DNA of 64,000 nt from Escherichia coli (GTDB taxonomy: Bacteria; Pseudomonadota; Gammaproteobacteria; Enterobacterales; Enterobacteriaceae). The position numbers and the translations under genes are program-made. The stretch lies in the NCBI RefSeq assembly GCF_046105845.1, contig NZ_CP151004.1; one strand, written 5' to 3'. Below the pieces are notes generated by a model. That model did no database searches and had not been told where the DNA came from. It was given only the letters and a program-made list of their open reading frames with translations. Each line of letters starts with the position of its first letter. Positions within the stretch are counted from its first letter, which is position 1. Positions 26,869-37,281 of the stretch are shown in pieces.

Positions 26869-27927
26869 ATGTTTTCAATGATATTAAGCGGGCTAATTTG
26901 TGGTGCTCTGCTGGGATTTGTCATGCAGCGTGGGCGTTTTTGCCTGACTGGTGGTTTTCGCGATATGTATATCGCGAAAAATAATCGCATGTTTTACGCC
27001 TTGCTGATTGCAATTTCGGTACAAAGCGTGGGGGTTTTTGCGTTAATTCAGGCGGGCCTACTGACTTACGAAGCCGGGGCGTTCCCGTGGCTTGGTACTG
27101 TTATAGGTGGGTATCTTTTCGGGCTGGGAATTGTTCTGGCGGGTGGATGTGCCACCGGGACCTGGTATCGCGCGGGTGAGGGATTGATCGGCAGTTGGAT
27201 CGCGCTTTTCACTTATATGGTGATGAGTGCGGTGATGCGTTCTCCACACGCCAGTGGTTTAAATCAAACCTTGCAGCACTACACTACTGAACATAACTCT
27301 ATTGCTGATACTTTTAATTTGTCTGTGTGGCCGTTGGTTGCCGTTTTGCTGGTGATAACGCTCTGGGTGGTGATGAAAGAGTTGAAGAAGCCAAAACTCA
27401 AAGTCGCGACCTTACCGCCGCGCCGAACCGGGATCGCTCATATTCTGTTTGAAAAACGCTGGCATCCCTTTGTCACAGCTGTACTCATCGGTTTGATTGC
27501 GCTTTTAGCCTGGCCCCTGAGTGAAGCAACCGGACGTATGTTTGGGTTAGGCATCACTTCCCCAACGGCCAATATTCTGCAATTTCTGGTCGCGGGTGAC
27601 GTGAAATACATTAACTGGGGCGTTTTCCTGGTGTTAGGGATCTTCGTGGGGTCATTTATTGCCGCCAAAGCGAGCCGTGAGTTCCGCGTTCGCGCTGCTG
27701 ATGCACAAACAACATTACGTAGCGGGTTAGGTGGTGTACTGATGGGCTTCGGTGCCAGCATTGCAGGTGGTTGCTCTATCGGTAATGGACTGGTCATGAC
27801 TGCAATGATGACCTGGCAGGGCTGGATTGGCCTTGTATTTATGATTCTCGGAGTCTGGACTGCGTCCTGGCTTGTGTATGTTCGACCGCAGCGTAAGGCG
27901 CGACTGGCAACTGCTGCGGCAAATTAA
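26869..27927 (+). CDS. yeeE: YeeE/YedE-family inner membrane transporter (thiosulfate uptake)
   Basis: 352 aa polytopic membrane protein with internally repeated halves. Confidence 0.88.
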   Translation: MFSMILSGLICGALLGFVMQRGRFCLTGGFRDMYIAKNNRMFYALLIAISVQSVGVFALIQAGLLTYEAGAFPWLGTVIGGYLFGLGIVLAGGCATGTWYRAGEGLIGSWIALFTYMVMSAVMRSPHASGLNQTLQHYTTEHNSIADTFNLSVWPLVAVLLVITLWVVMKELKKPKLKVATLPPRRTGIAHILFEKRWHPFVTAVLIGLIALLAWPLSEATGRMFGLGITSPTANILQFLVAGDVKYINWGVFLVLGIFVGSFIAAKASREFRVRAADAQTTLRSGLGGVLMGFGASIAGGCSIGNGLVMTAMMTWQGWIGLVFMILGVWTASWLVYVRPQRKARLATAAAN

Positions 27928-27940
27928 GTAAGGTGTAAAG

Positions 27941-28168
27941 ATGGCGATTAAAAAGCTGGATGTGGTGACGCAGGTCTGTCCGTTTCCACTCATAGAAGCA
28001 AAAGCAGCACTGGCAGAAATGGCCAGCGGCGATGAGTTGGTAATTGAGTTTGATTGCACCCAGGCAACTGAAGCAATCCCACAGTGGGCGGCAGAAGAAG
28101 GGCATGCCATCACCGATTATCAGCAGATTGGCGATGCAGCGTGGAGCATCACCGTTCAAAAAGCCTGA
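27941..28168 (+). CDS. yeeD: TusA-like sulfurtransferase
   Basis: 75 aa; CPFPL active-site cysteine motif. Confidence 0.9.
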   Translation: MAIKKLDVVTQVCPFPLIEAKAALAEMASGDELVIEFDCTQATEAIPQWAAEEGHAITDYQQIGDAAWSITVQKA

Positions 28169-28179
28169 CTCAAAATTGT

Positions 28180-28204
28180 CCTCCGCCGTACCAGCGGCGG
28201 AGGC
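28180..28204. terminator. bidirectional hairpin between convergent yeeD and sbcB
   Basis: tcctccgccg...cggcggagg stem-loop. Confidence 0.55.
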
Positions 28205-28210
28205 TTCACA

Positions 28211-29638
28211 TTAGACAATCTCTTCCGCGTACTGCCAAAGTGCTTTTAACAGCGCCACTTTCTCTTTGTCATCGGCATATTGTTGTGCCAGCATCTGCAA
28301 TTCATCAGCATAGCCCTGCAAAAACTCTGGCGTGAAGACCTGGCGGCGGTGCTCCAGCCAGCGTTGCTGCTCGGCATAATCCAGCGTCCCCGGGAAGTTG
28401 CGTGCCCGATAATTGAACAACAGCTTTTCAATCCGTTTATCAACAAAAGTGATATCCAGTGCCGGTAAATTACGCGGCTCGGTTTCAAGCACAATTTTCA
28501 TTGCTGCACGATCGGCGTCACTGAAAAAACCATTATAAAGCTGTGCATCCACGTTATCTGAAGGCGTAAACGGTTCGGCTTCCGCGAATATCGCCACCAC
28601 TTTTTCACGCACTTGCGGATTTTCACGCAGAATTTTCAGGTTATCGAGGCAATGCTGACGATTAATTCCCAGTCGGTCGGCATCTTCCGGGCGTAGCGTA
28701 TTCGCCTGGGCCAGCACCGGACATTTATTGATATGCACCAGCTTAACCGGAACGGCGGCGTTATCGCCAAGATCGGTTTTTGCGGTATATAAACGCTCGC
28801 GCAATGTGTCGCTATCCAGTTCCAGTAATGGCGAAATGTCTCCTGCCAAATCCACCATAATTACGGCATTGCGATTTTCAGGATGCCACGCCAGCGGTGC
28901 CACCCAGCTGGTGTTGCCGCGCCATGCCCCAAACATTCCGGAAACGTGAACCAGGGGTTTCATCTGCGGAACATCAATCAACGCCATTAGTTTGTGTTTA
29001 TTGCGATGGGTAAAGAGATAATCAAACAGGCGTGGCTGACGCGTTTTTACCAGCTTTGCCATCGCAATAGTGGCGTACACATCAGCCATCGCATCGTGGG
29101 CGTTGCTATGTTCAATACCATTCGCTTTGGTTAAATGCTCAAGGCGAAAGCTCGGTAGACCGTCATCATTTTCAGGCCAGTTTATTCCTTCCGGGCGCAG
29201 GGCATAACAGGCACGCATAACATCCAGTAAATCCCAGCGCGAGTTATCATGCTGCCAGCTCCAGGCGTAAGGATCGTAGAAATTACGATAAAAAACGTTG
29301 CGTGTGACTTCGTCGTCGAAACGCACATTGTTGTAGCCCAGAATACAGGTCTTCGGTACGGTAAAAAGCGAGTGAATACGGGCGGCAAACGCGGCTTCGT
29401 TTTCTCCTTTCGCCCGTGCCTCCTGCGGGGTAATACCGGTAATTAATACTGCTCCAGGCTGGGGTAAATAGTCATCCGCGGGCTTGCAGTAAAAGACTTC
29501 GGGTTTGCCGATGACATTGAATTCGTTATCAGTGCGAATGGCTGCGAACTGTGCAGGGCGATCTAACGCGGGGTGCGTTCCAAAGGTTTCGTAATCGTGA
29601 AACAAAAAGGTAGATTGTTGCTTACCGTCATTCATCAT
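28211..29638 (-). CDS. sbcB: exodeoxyribonuclease I
   Basis: 475 aa from MMNDGKQQSTFLFHDYETFG (DEDDh exonuclease motif); ORF track extends 16 codons upstream. Confidence 0.97.
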   Translation of the reverse strand: MMNDGKQQSTFLFHDYETFGTHPALDRPAQFAAIRTDNEFNVIGKPEVFYCKPADDYLPQPGAVLITGITPQEARAKGENEAAFAARIHSLFTVPKTCILGYNNVRFDDEVTRNVFYRNFYDPYAWSWQHDNSRWDLLDVMRACYALRPEGINWPENDDGLPSFRLEHLTKANGIEHSNAHDAMADVYATIAMAKLVKTRQPRLFDYLFTHRNKHKLMALIDVPQMKPLVHVSGMFGAWRGNTSWVAPLAWHPENRNAVIMVDLAGDISPLLELDSDTLRERLYTAKTDLGDNAAVPVKLVHINKCPVLAQANTLRPEDADRLGINRQHCLDNLKILRENPQVREKVVAIFAEAEPFTPSDNVDAQLYNGFFSDADRAAMKIVLETEPRNLPALDITFVDKRIEKLLFNYRARNFPGTLDYAEQQRWLEHRRQVFTPEFLQGYADELQMLAQQYADDKEKVALLKALWQYAEEIV

Positions 29639-29840
29639 TAGGTTAAATCCGTTGTTTCTGCTGTCTGCCAGAGTATCAAATATCACCGTGCTAATCAGCT
29701 TTAGCGCGACAATTTGGCAGCGAGTGACAACAGATCATGTCAGATAAAAATGAGATAGTAGTCACATTTTCTTGCACTTTATTCCAGCCAGTTCATAAGT
29801 ATTTCCGTAAAAAGAACAGCTATTTGAAACTCCTGAGGGT

Positions 29841-31013
29841 TTGCTGTTGAAACGCCGTCTTATTATTGCTGCTTCTTTGTTCATTTTTAACTTATCGTCT
29901 GGTTTTGCGGCGGAAAACATTCCTTTTTCACCTCAGCCTCCAGAGATTCATGCCGGGTCCTGGGTATTGATGGATTACACCACCGGTCAGATTCTCACCG
30001 CGGGTAATGAGCATCAACAGCGCAATCCCGCCAGCCTGACAAAGCTGATGACGGGCTATGTCGTGGATCGCGCTATCGATAGTCATCGCATTACGCCAGA
30101 CGATATTGTCACCGTGGGGCGCGATGCGTGGGCGAAAGATAATCCGGTATTTGTCGGTTCTTCACTGATGTTTCTGAAAGAGGGCGATCGCGTATCGGTA
30201 CGTGATTTAAGCCGTGGTTTAATTGTGGATTCCGGAAATGACGCTTGTGTTGCTCTGGCTGACTATATTGCCGGTGGGCAACGGCAGTTTGTTGAAATGA
30301 TGAACAACTATGCCGAGAAGCTGCATCTCAACGATACGCATTTTGAAACAGTGCATGGTCTGGATGCACCAGGCCAGCATAGCTCGGCTTATGATTTAGC
30401 TGTGCTTTCTCGCGCTATCATCCACGGCGAGCCCGAGTTTTATCATATGTACAGTGAGAAAAGTCTCACCTGGAACGGTATCACCCAGCAAAACCGTAAC
30501 GGGTTATTGTGGGATAAAACCATGAATGTTGACGGCCTGAAAACGGGTCATACTTCTGGTGCCGGGTTTAATCTCATTGCTTCGGCTGTCGATGGGCAGC
30601 GTCGTCTCATTGCAGTGGTAATGGGGGCTGACAGTGCAAAAGGTCGTGAGGAAGAGGCTAGAAAATTACTGCGTTGGGGGCAACAAAACTTTACTACGGT
30701 GCAAATTTTGCACCGTGGGAAAAAGGTCGGAACGGAACGCATCTGGTATGGCGATAAAGAAAATATCGACCTGGGAACGGAACAAGAGTTCTGGATGGTG
30801 CTACCGAAAGCCGAAATTCCACATATCAAAGCCAAATATACCCTTGATGGTAAAGAACTCACCGCGCCAATTAGCGCCCATCAGCGGGTAGGGGAAATTG
30901 AACTTTACGACCGTGATAAACAGGTGGCGCACTGGCCGCTGGTTACCCTGGAATCTGTCGGGGAAGGCAGCATGTTTTCCCGCCTGAGTGATTATTTCCA
31001 CCATAAGGCCTGA
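29841..31013 (+). CDS. dacD: D-alanyl-D-alanine carboxypeptidase (PBP6b)
   Basis: 390 aa; signal peptide, SxxK (ASLTK) and SGN motifs; TTG start, alternative TTG at 29847. Confidence 0.93.
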   Translation: MLLKRRLIIAASLFIFNLSSGFAAENIPFSPQPPEIHAGSWVLMDYTTGQILTAGNEHQQRNPASLTKLMTGYVVDRAIDSHRITPDDIVTVGRDAWAKDNPVFVGSSLMFLKEGDRVSVRDLSRGLIVDSGNDACVALADYIAGGQRQFVEMMNNYAEKLHLNDTHFETVHGLDAPGQHSSAYDLAVLSRAIIHGEPEFYHMYSEKSLTWNGITQQNRNGLLWDKTMNVDGLKTGHTSGAGFNLIASAVDGQRRLIAVVMGADSAKGREEEARKLLRWGQQNFTTVQILHRGKKVGTERIWYGDKENIDLGTEQEFWMVLPKAEIPHIKAKYTLDGKELTAPISAHQRVGEIELYDRDKQVAHWPLVTLESVGEGSMFSRLSDYFHHKA

Positions 31014-31099
31014 CCTTTCTTTTGCAGCAGACTGGCAGGAGTGCGAGTCTGCTCGCATAATCAACACTCATTCCTTGTGGTTTTAATATTGCAACTATG

Positions 31100-31115
31100 C
31101 TGTATATAAAAACAG
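31100..31115 (+). promoter_or_regulatory. LexA (SOS) box upstream of sbmC
   Basis: ctgtatataaaaacag fits the CTGT-N8-ACAG consensus, 17 nt upstream of the sbmC start. Confidence 0.65.
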
Positions 31116-31131
31116 TGTTAATGGAGGCGTC

Positions 31132-31605
31132 ATGAACTACGAGATTAAGCAGGAAGATAAACGTACCGTTGCAGGTTTCCATCTCGTTGGCCCGTGGGAG
31201 CAGACGGTAAAGAAAGGTTTTGAGCAGTTGATGATGTGGGTAGATAACAAAAATATTGTGCCGAAGGAGTGGGTTGCTGTCTATTACGACAATCCAGATG
31301 AAACACCCGCCGAAAAATTACGCTGCGACACCGTCGTGACGGTACCGAATAACTTTACGCTCCCCGAAAACAGTGAGGGCGTCATTCTGACAGAAATTTC
31401 AGGTGGTCAGTATGCGGTTGCGGTGGCTCGTGTAGTCGGTGATGATTTTGCTAAACCCTGGTATCAGTTCTTTAATAGCCTCTTGCAGGACAGTGCTTAT
31501 GAAATGTTACCAAAGCCCTGCTTCGAGGTTTATTTGAACAATGGCGCGGAAGAGGGGTACTGGGATATCGAAATGTATGTTGCGGTGCAGCCAAAACATC
31601 ACTAA
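31132..31605 (+). CDS. sbmC: DNA gyrase inhibitor
   Basis: 157 aa; matches SbmC/GyrI. Confidence 0.95.
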   Translation: MNYEIKQEDKRTVAGFHLVGPWEQTVKKGFEQLMMWVDNKNIVPKEWVAVYYDNPDETPAEKLRCDTVVTVPNNFTLPENSEGVILTEISGGQYAVAVARVVGDDFAKPWYQFFNSLLQDSAYEMLPKPCFEVYLNNGAEEGYWDIEMYVAVQPKHH

Positions 31606-31803
31606 TTCATCTCAGGGCGGTGTGTTAACGCGAAGACCACTCTTTTTTTTGAAAGCGAAAAGAGTAAGATGCGCCTTTCAATTTTTTCGCTCCTGCCGGG
31701 AAATTACACTGTTCCCGGTTTGTCCGTCGGATAATTCAGAGGCGCGCCTTCTGGCCGACAGATGTGTTATGAGCGCTTTTAATCTTCATTACGGAGTTTC
31801 TGC

Positions 31804-32862
31804 GTGCGTGCCGATAAGTCATTAAGCCCGTTTGAAATCCGGGTATACCGCCATTACCGCATTGTGCATGGTACTCGGGTCGCGCTGGCATTCCTGCTCA
31901 CTTTTCTCATTATCCGCCTGTTTACTATCCCGGAAAGCACCTGGCCGCTGGTCACCATGGTGGTGATTATGGGGCCAATCTCGTTCTGGGGTAACGTTGT
32001 CCCTCGTGCCTTCGAACGTATTGGCGGTACGGTGTTGGGGTCGATTTTAGGTCTTATCGCTCTGCAACTGGAGTTAATCTCGTTACCGCTGATGTTAGTC
32101 TGGTGCGCGGCGGCGATGTTTCTTTGCGGTTGGCTGGCGCTGGGCAAGAAACCGTATCAAGGTTTATTGATTGGGGTGACGCTGGCAATTGTTGTTGGTT
32201 CCCCGACAGGTGAAATTGATACGGCGTTATGGCGAAGCGGCGATGTGATCCTCGGCTCTTTACTGGCAATGTTGTTTACCGGTATCTGGCCACAACGAGC
32301 GTTCATCCACTGGCGCATTCAACTGGCAAAAAGTCTGACCGAGTATAATCGGGTCTATCAATCTGCATTCTCACCGAACTTACTCGAACGCCCACGTCTG
32401 GAAAGCCATCTACAAAAACTCCTGACCGATGCCGTGAAAATGCGTGGGCTGATTGCGCCCGCCAGCAAAGAAACCCGTATTCCAAAATCGATATATGAAG
32501 GTATCCAGACCATTAACCGCAATCTGGTTTGTATGCTGGAGTTGCAAATCAATGCGTACTGGGCCACGCGCCCCAGCCATTTCGTGTTATTGAACGCGCA
32601 AAAACTTCGTGATACCCAGCACATGATGCAGCAAATACTGCTGAGCCTTGTTCATGCGTTGTATGAAGGTAATCCGCAGCCGGTTTTTGCCAATACGGAA
32701 AAATTGAACGATGCTGTGGAAGAGCTGCGTCAGTTGCTCAATAACCACCATGACCTGAAGGTTGTGGAAACACCAATCTATGGTTATGTGTGGCTGAACA
32801 TGGAAACGGCACATCAGCTTGAGTTGCTATCGAATCTGATTTGCCGGGCCTTGCGCAAATAA
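31804..32862 (+). CDS. yeeA: FUSC-family inner membrane protein
   Basis: 352 aa; N-terminal TM helices; GTG start inferred. Confidence 0.88.
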   Translation: MRADKSLSPFEIRVYRHYRIVHGTRVALAFLLTFLIIRLFTIPESTWPLVTMVVIMGPISFWGNVVPRAFERIGGTVLGSILGLIALQLELISLPLMLVWCAAAMFLCGWLALGKKPYQGLLIGVTLAIVVGSPTGEIDTALWRSGDVILGSLLAMLFTGIWPQRAFIHWRIQLAKSLTEYNRVYQSAFSPNLLERPRLESHLQKLLTDAVKMRGLIAPASKETRIPKSIYEGIQTINRNLVCMLELQINAYWATRPSHFVLLNAQKLRDTQHMMQQILLSLVHALYEGNPQPVFANTEKLNDAVEELRQLLNNHHDLKVVETPIYGYVWLNMETAHQLELLSNLICRALRK

Positions 32863-33033
32863 TTCCTGAACTTCAGAATCATCTTGCTGCTGCTTCGATT
32901 CAGCAAGGATAAAGGGTATGATAGTGAAAAGGGATAAAAGCATTGTCATCTGCGGCAGCTATGAGTAATGTTGGCCCTAACGAATAGCGGTTGCTTAAAC
33001 GAATCCGACTCTCACATTATCAGGGGTATAAAA

Positions 33034-33363
33034 ATGGAAACTACCAAGCCTTCATTCCAGGACGTACTGGAATTTGTTCGTCTGTTCCGTCGTAAGAACA
33101 AACTGCAACGTGAAATTCAGGACGTTGAGAAAAAGATCCGTGACAACCAGAAGCGCGTCCTGCTGCTGGACAACCTGAGCGATTACATCAAGCCGGGGAT
33201 GAGCGTTGAAGCAATCCAGGGCATCATCGCCAGCATGAAAGGTGACTATGAAGATCGCGTTGACGATTACATCATCAAAAATGCCGAGCTCTCCAAAGAA
33301 CGCCGCGATATCTCCAAAAAGCTGAAAGCTATGGGCGAAATGAAAAACGGCGAAGCGAAGTAA
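33034..33363 (+). CDS. yeeX: DUF496-family protein
   Basis: 109 aa from [14 protein letters not shown]; ORF track includes a 22-codon upstream extension. Confidence 0.9.
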   Translation: METTKPSFQDVLEFVRLFRRKNKLQREIQDVEKKIRDNQKRVLLLDNLSDYIKPGMSVEAIQGIIASMKGDYEDRVDDYIIKNAELSKERRDISKKLKAMGEMKNGEAK

Positions 33364-33378
33364 TTCCTGTTTTATTCA

Positions 33379-33403
33379 ATGAGGGTTGCCCGGCAACCCT
33401 CAT
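33379..33403. terminator. bidirectional hairpin between convergent yeeX and pduV
   Basis: atgagggttgcccggcaaccctcat perfect palindrome. Confidence 0.6.
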
Positions 33404-33463
33404 TGCTCATTGATTCTTTTCTGTGCATCACCGTCATCATTCTCATCTGAGAACCTGTCGAAA

Positions 33464-33907
33464 TTAGCGACAGCCTTCTTCTGTATGCAGCAAGGCTAAA
33501 AGTTCTGCAACTCCATTGTTATTAACCACACTGGTTACTAACACGTTGTGCGCTCCAGCTTCCCGTAACCAACATTTCACCAAAGATAGTTGTTCCATGT
33601 TGGCTAAATCTGCTTTGGTTACTACTCCAATGACCGGGCGATTCATTGACGAGGTAAAGCCTGGCGAAAAAGGTGACCACGGTGCGTCCGCATTAAGCAC
33701 CAGCGCGATAATGTCCGCTTCGCAGGCACTGACCAACAGTGCACTGTAGAGGCTGCGGTTTTCGAGGTATTCGCCTGGTGTATCAATGGTGGTCGGGGAC
33801 CAGACGATTGCCTGCGTTTTCTGATAATGAATATTTTCGCCACGCAGACATTGCGTGAGTGACGTTTTTCCGCACTGGCTGGGGCCGATGAGCATCATAC
33901 GTTGCAT
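33464..33907 (-). CDS. pduV: propanediol-utilisation microcompartment GTPase (EutP/PduV family)
   Basis: 147 aa; P-loop GPSQCGKTS; last gene of the pdu operon. Confidence 0.9.
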   Translation of the reverse strand: MQRMMLIGPSQCGKTSLTQCLRGENIHYQKTQAIVWSPTTIDTPGEYLENRSLYSALLVSACEADIIALVLNADAPWSPFSPGFTSSMNRPVIGVVTKADLANMEQLSLVKCWLREAGAHNVLVTSVVNNNGVAELLALLHTEEGCR

Positions 33908-33911
33908 AACG

Positions 33912-34262
33912 TCAGGTTCGCGTAATGGGGCAGGCGGTAAAGCGCATCATTTCACCCAGCGTACGGGTAACCTGGCTAAGTGCATATTCGATCGCAGAAA
34001 CATCACCAGTCAGCACTACGGCACCGGTAAAACGATCAAGAAAACCGATCTCTACAGAGCCTGATTTTGTGGCGATATCACATGCGATGATAGATGCTTC
34101 GCTGGGGGTAATTGTAAGAATACCAATAGCGGAAATGGTGTCTGGTAAACCCAATTTCTTAAACAGATCCTTCCCTGGATTGGCGATGACATGTGCCAGC
34201 GTGACCTGCTTACCAGGGACATATTCCTGAATCATCCGTTCAGTTGTGTGCTGAGTTGTCAT
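33912..34262 (-). CDS. pduU: BMC shell protein PduU
   Basis: 116 aa from [20 protein letters not shown]; start overlaps the pduT stop by 1 nt; ORF track is longer by 8 codons. Confidence 0.9.
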   Translation of the reverse strand: MTTQHTTERMIQEYVPGKQVTLAHVIANPGKDLFKKLGLPDTISAIGILTITPSEASIIACDIATKSGSVEIGFLDRFTGAVVLTGDVSAIEYALSQVTRTLGEMMRFTACPITRT

Positions 34263-34816
34263 TATCCCTCCACCATCTGACGCCACATGGCTCCATGTGG
34301 ACGGGCAATCACTGACCGATAGACCAACAAACCTTTTTCCCCCGCACGCTCGCTGGCGACAGAGACCGCGTTATTAACATCTGAAATATCGCCAGCAACC
34401 ACCATGTAGCATTTACCACCAATGCCAAAAGCCATATGTACGCGAACGAGAATGACATTCGCAGCTTTGACAGCACAATCGGCAGCGTCAATGCAGGCGG
34501 CGACACCCCAGGTTTCGACTACGCCGACAGCCCGGTGCTGTTCAACATGGTTAAGTCCGCTGATTGCAGAAAGGAGGCTGGGATGAATATTCGGCAGGAC
34601 AAGACTGTCGACCAGCATTTCACCAGCAAGGGACGCTCCGCTGTTGATGGCCTGTTGCACCGCGCCCACATCGCCACCGAGCATCAGCAGAAATTTTCCG
34701 GGGCATAGCGTTTTGCTGACCAGTAACTCAACGTTGGCGCTTTTCAGCATGGCGTCGCCGGTTTCCATCCCTTTCGCGATACTGCTAAGTTCTAAAATAC
34801 CTACCGCTTTCGACAT
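34262..34816 (-). CDS. pduT: tandem-BMC-domain shell protein PduT
   Basis: 184 aa with two BMC domains. Confidence 0.92.
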   Translation of the reverse strand: MSKAVGILELSSIAKGMETGDAMLKSANVELLVSKTLCPGKFLLMLGGDVGAVQQAINSGASLAGEMLVDSLVLPNIHPSLLSAISGLNHVEQHRAVGVVETWGVAACIDAADCAVKAANVILVRVHMAFGIGGKCYMVVAGDISDVNNAVSVASERAGEKGLLVYRSVIARPHGAMWRQMVEG

Positions 34817-34818
34817 CG

Positions 34819-36162
34819 TTAACCTCTCACAAGCGTAATCGCGTTTTCTGTCACATCGCTGACCATGCCATCAATACTGGCATGAATGGGGGCACCTAAT
34901 GTGCCGTGTGGAATTTGACCTACATATTGCCCATGAACGACGCGATCGCCTTTTTGTACACACGCAATTGCGCTGGCACCGATGTGCTGGCGTAACAATA
35001 ACGTCACTTTTTCGGGTTGAGGCACCTGTTCAGACAATGGCGCATCCTGATACCACGGGATTAGGCCCAGTCTGGTTACCAGCCGTTTTACGGGAATCAG
35101 TCGATAATTTGCCATGGGATCAGCAGGATTTAAGGCACCTTCGTAGCGGAGATTTTGTGCGCGTAATTCCTGCTTAAGCAGACGGTTTATGCGCATTGGT
35201 GAAATTCCTACCGGACAGGCGACGCTGGCGCAGACGTTGCACTCCGAACAGGTGAGCGCCGTCAGTAACAGTTGTGGCGTAGCGAGCTGTTGGTAGTTAA
35301 CCGCACGTACTAATAAATGGGGGGCCAGTTCGTGACCGACTAAATGACGTGGGCAGAGATCGGTACACAAGCGGCATTGCTCACAAACAGTTTTCGCGAC
35401 GGCAAGTACGCTGCGGTCATTCTGCATTCGACGTTGGATCAGTGAATGAGAGTTGGGTAAAACCAGCAAGCCGCCAGTGGTTTTGCTGACTGGTGTGTCG
35501 AGCGATGTGATCAAACTTCCCATCATCGGCCCGCCATTGATAAAACCAGGAGCATCCACTGTTGCGCCGCCCGCCAGCGCCAGGACTTCACGTAAAGACA
35601 TGCCGATGGGGACGGTTACCGTTATTGGTTTCGCCACTGCACCATTAACGGTGAGTGTGCGGCGCGTCACTGGATACTGTTGCTCGACGGCTCTGGCAAT
35701 ATTAAGTACGGTTTGAACATTATTGACCACCACACCGACGCTAACGGGTAATGCAGCGGGTGGAACGCGGCGACCAGTTGCCATCCAGATGGTCAGCACT
35801 TCGTCTCCTGCGGGGTAAACATCGGGAAAAATATGCAGGCGGATATCCGGTGGTAATAGGGGTGTGAGTGCGTTTATTGCCAGTTGATATTTCTCTTTCA
35901 GCGCGATGATTCCGCTACTGGCCCCGGTGGCTTTCATCGCATAGTGAACACCGCGAAGCAGGCGGCTGGCTTGCTGCGCCATTAACTGTTGATCCACTTT
36001 CAACATGGGTTCGCATTCCGCCGCATTCACCAGGAACGTGTCAACACGCGCTTGTAGCTTAATATGGGTTGGGAAACCTGCGCCGCCAGCACCCACGACA
36101 CCTGCTGCCTGTACTCGCTCGCGGATGGTCTGGTCGTCGCAGGAGGTTAACTCGACGTTCAT
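34819..36162 (-). CDS. pduS: cobalamin reductase PduS (RnfC/NuoF-like flavo-iron-sulfur protein)
   Basis: 447 aa; two CxxCxxCxxxCP ferredoxin-type motifs ([25 protein letters not shown]). Confidence 0.92.
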   Translation of the reverse strand: MNVELTSCDDQTIRERVQAAGVVGAGGAGFPTHIKLQARVDTFLVNAAECEPMLKVDQQLMAQQASRLLRGVHYAMKATGASSGIIALKEKYQLAINALTPLLPPDIRLHIFPDVYPAGDEVLTIWMATGRRVPPAALPVSVGVVVNNVQTVLNIARAVEQQYPVTRRTLTVNGAVAKPITVTVPIGMSLREVLALAGGATVDAPGFINGGPMMGSLITSLDTPVSKTTGGLLVLPNSHSLIQRRMQNDRSVLAVAKTVCEQCRLCTDLCPRHLVGHELAPHLLVRAVNYQQLATPQLLLTALTCSECNVCASVACPVGISPMRINRLLKQELRAQNLRYEGALNPADPMANYRLIPVKRLVTRLGLIPWYQDAPLSEQVPQPEKVTLLLRQHIGASAIACVQKGDRVVHGQYVGQIPHGTLGAPIHASIDGMVSDVTENAITLVRG

Positions 36163-37271
36163 AACAACTCCTCGAGCAGTTCTGCAATAGCGGTGGCATC
36201 AGCCGCACGCGGGTTGGTACGCAACGTTGCATCCGCCAGTGCCGCCTGAACCATATCTGGTATGCGTATTGACCATTCTGCTTTTTTTTCTTTCAGCACA
36301 TTGGTAAGAGTCGGTAGCTTACAGGTTGTTTTAAGCTGTTCAATATGTTGAATAAGTGCATTCAGGCTGGCGGTGTCATTGGCGTTGTCCGGGCATAAAT
36401 GGCACGTTTTCGCCAGCCGGGCGTAGCGTTTGGCAGCGCGCGGATCGCCAGCATTAAAGCGGATAACTGCCGTGAGCAGGAGCGCATTCGCCAGGCCGTG
36501 TGGCAGATGAAACTGTCCGCCGAGTTGATGAGCAATTGCATGGTTTAAACCGAGTCCGGCCTGGCTAAAGGCCATTCCTGCAAGCGTCGATGCATTATGC
36601 ATTTTGCCACGGGTGGCAAGACAATTGCCTTTTTTCACTGCAGTGGGCAGGTATTGAAAAACAATTTGCACGGCTTTTTCGACCAGTGCATCCGTGAAGT
36701 CGCTGGCGCGAGGAGAAACATAAGCTTCAAGCGCATGGGTTAAAACATCCATCCCGGTATTGGCCGTTATCGCCGGTGGCACGCTGACGATCAGAGATGG
36801 ATCAAGGATCGCGATATCCGGATAAAGTGCATTATCGAAAAGGGGATATTTAATCCCTTTCTCAGGATCGCTGATGACACAAGCACTGGTCACTTCGGAA
36901 CCGGTACCGCTGGTGGTAGGAATGGCTACGCAGGTTTCAATTTCAATGCCACACTGGCGACCGAACCAGACAATCGCTTTTGCGGCGTCCAGGGCAGAAC
37001 CGCCGCCAAAACCGATAACCACATCCGGGCGTAAAGTCTGCATTTGCGCAATGCCTTTCACCACGGTCTGGATAGTTGGGTCGGGCGTTATTTCGCTAAA
37101 AATACTAAGACGATTACTGTCGGGCAGCGCCTGATGCAACGTGTCAATAAGTGGTGAGCGTGCCAGAAAGGCATCGCAAATAATCCAGATGTGTCTATGA
37201 GAGAAACGGCTAAGTACCTTGAGACTTCCTGGTCCGCTGTATAAACGCGTCTGCAGTGAAAAAGTATTCAT
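36159..37271 (-). CDS. pduQ: 1-propanol dehydrogenase (iron-containing alcohol dehydrogenase)
   Basis: 370 aa; Fe-ADH family (GGGSALDAAK motif). Confidence 0.92.
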   Translation of the reverse strand: MNTFSLQTRLYSGPGSLKVLSRFSHRHIWIICDAFLARSPLIDTLHQALPDSNRLSIFSEITPDPTIQTVVKGIAQMQTLRPDVVIGFGGGSALDAAKAIVWFGRQCGIEIETCVAIPTTSGTGSEVTSACVISDPEKGIKYPLFDNALYPDIAILDPSLIVSVPPAITANTGMDVLTHALEAYVSPRASDFTDALVEKAVQIVFQYLPTAVKKGNCLATRGKMHNASTLAGMAFSQAGLGLNHAIAHQLGGQFHLPHGLANALLLTAVIRFNAGDPRAAKRYARLAKTCHLCPDNANDTASLNALIQHIEQLKTTCKLPTLTNVLKEKKAEWSIRIPDMVQAALADATLRTNPRAADATAIAELLEELL

Positions 37272-37281
37272 TTCCGTTTCT

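Noticed and set aside
32968-33033. 22-codon N-terminal extension of the yeeX ORF on the track
   Set aside because: The ATG at 33034 gives the conserved 109-aa YeeX starting METTKPSFQ; the upstream extension is unlikely to be translated.
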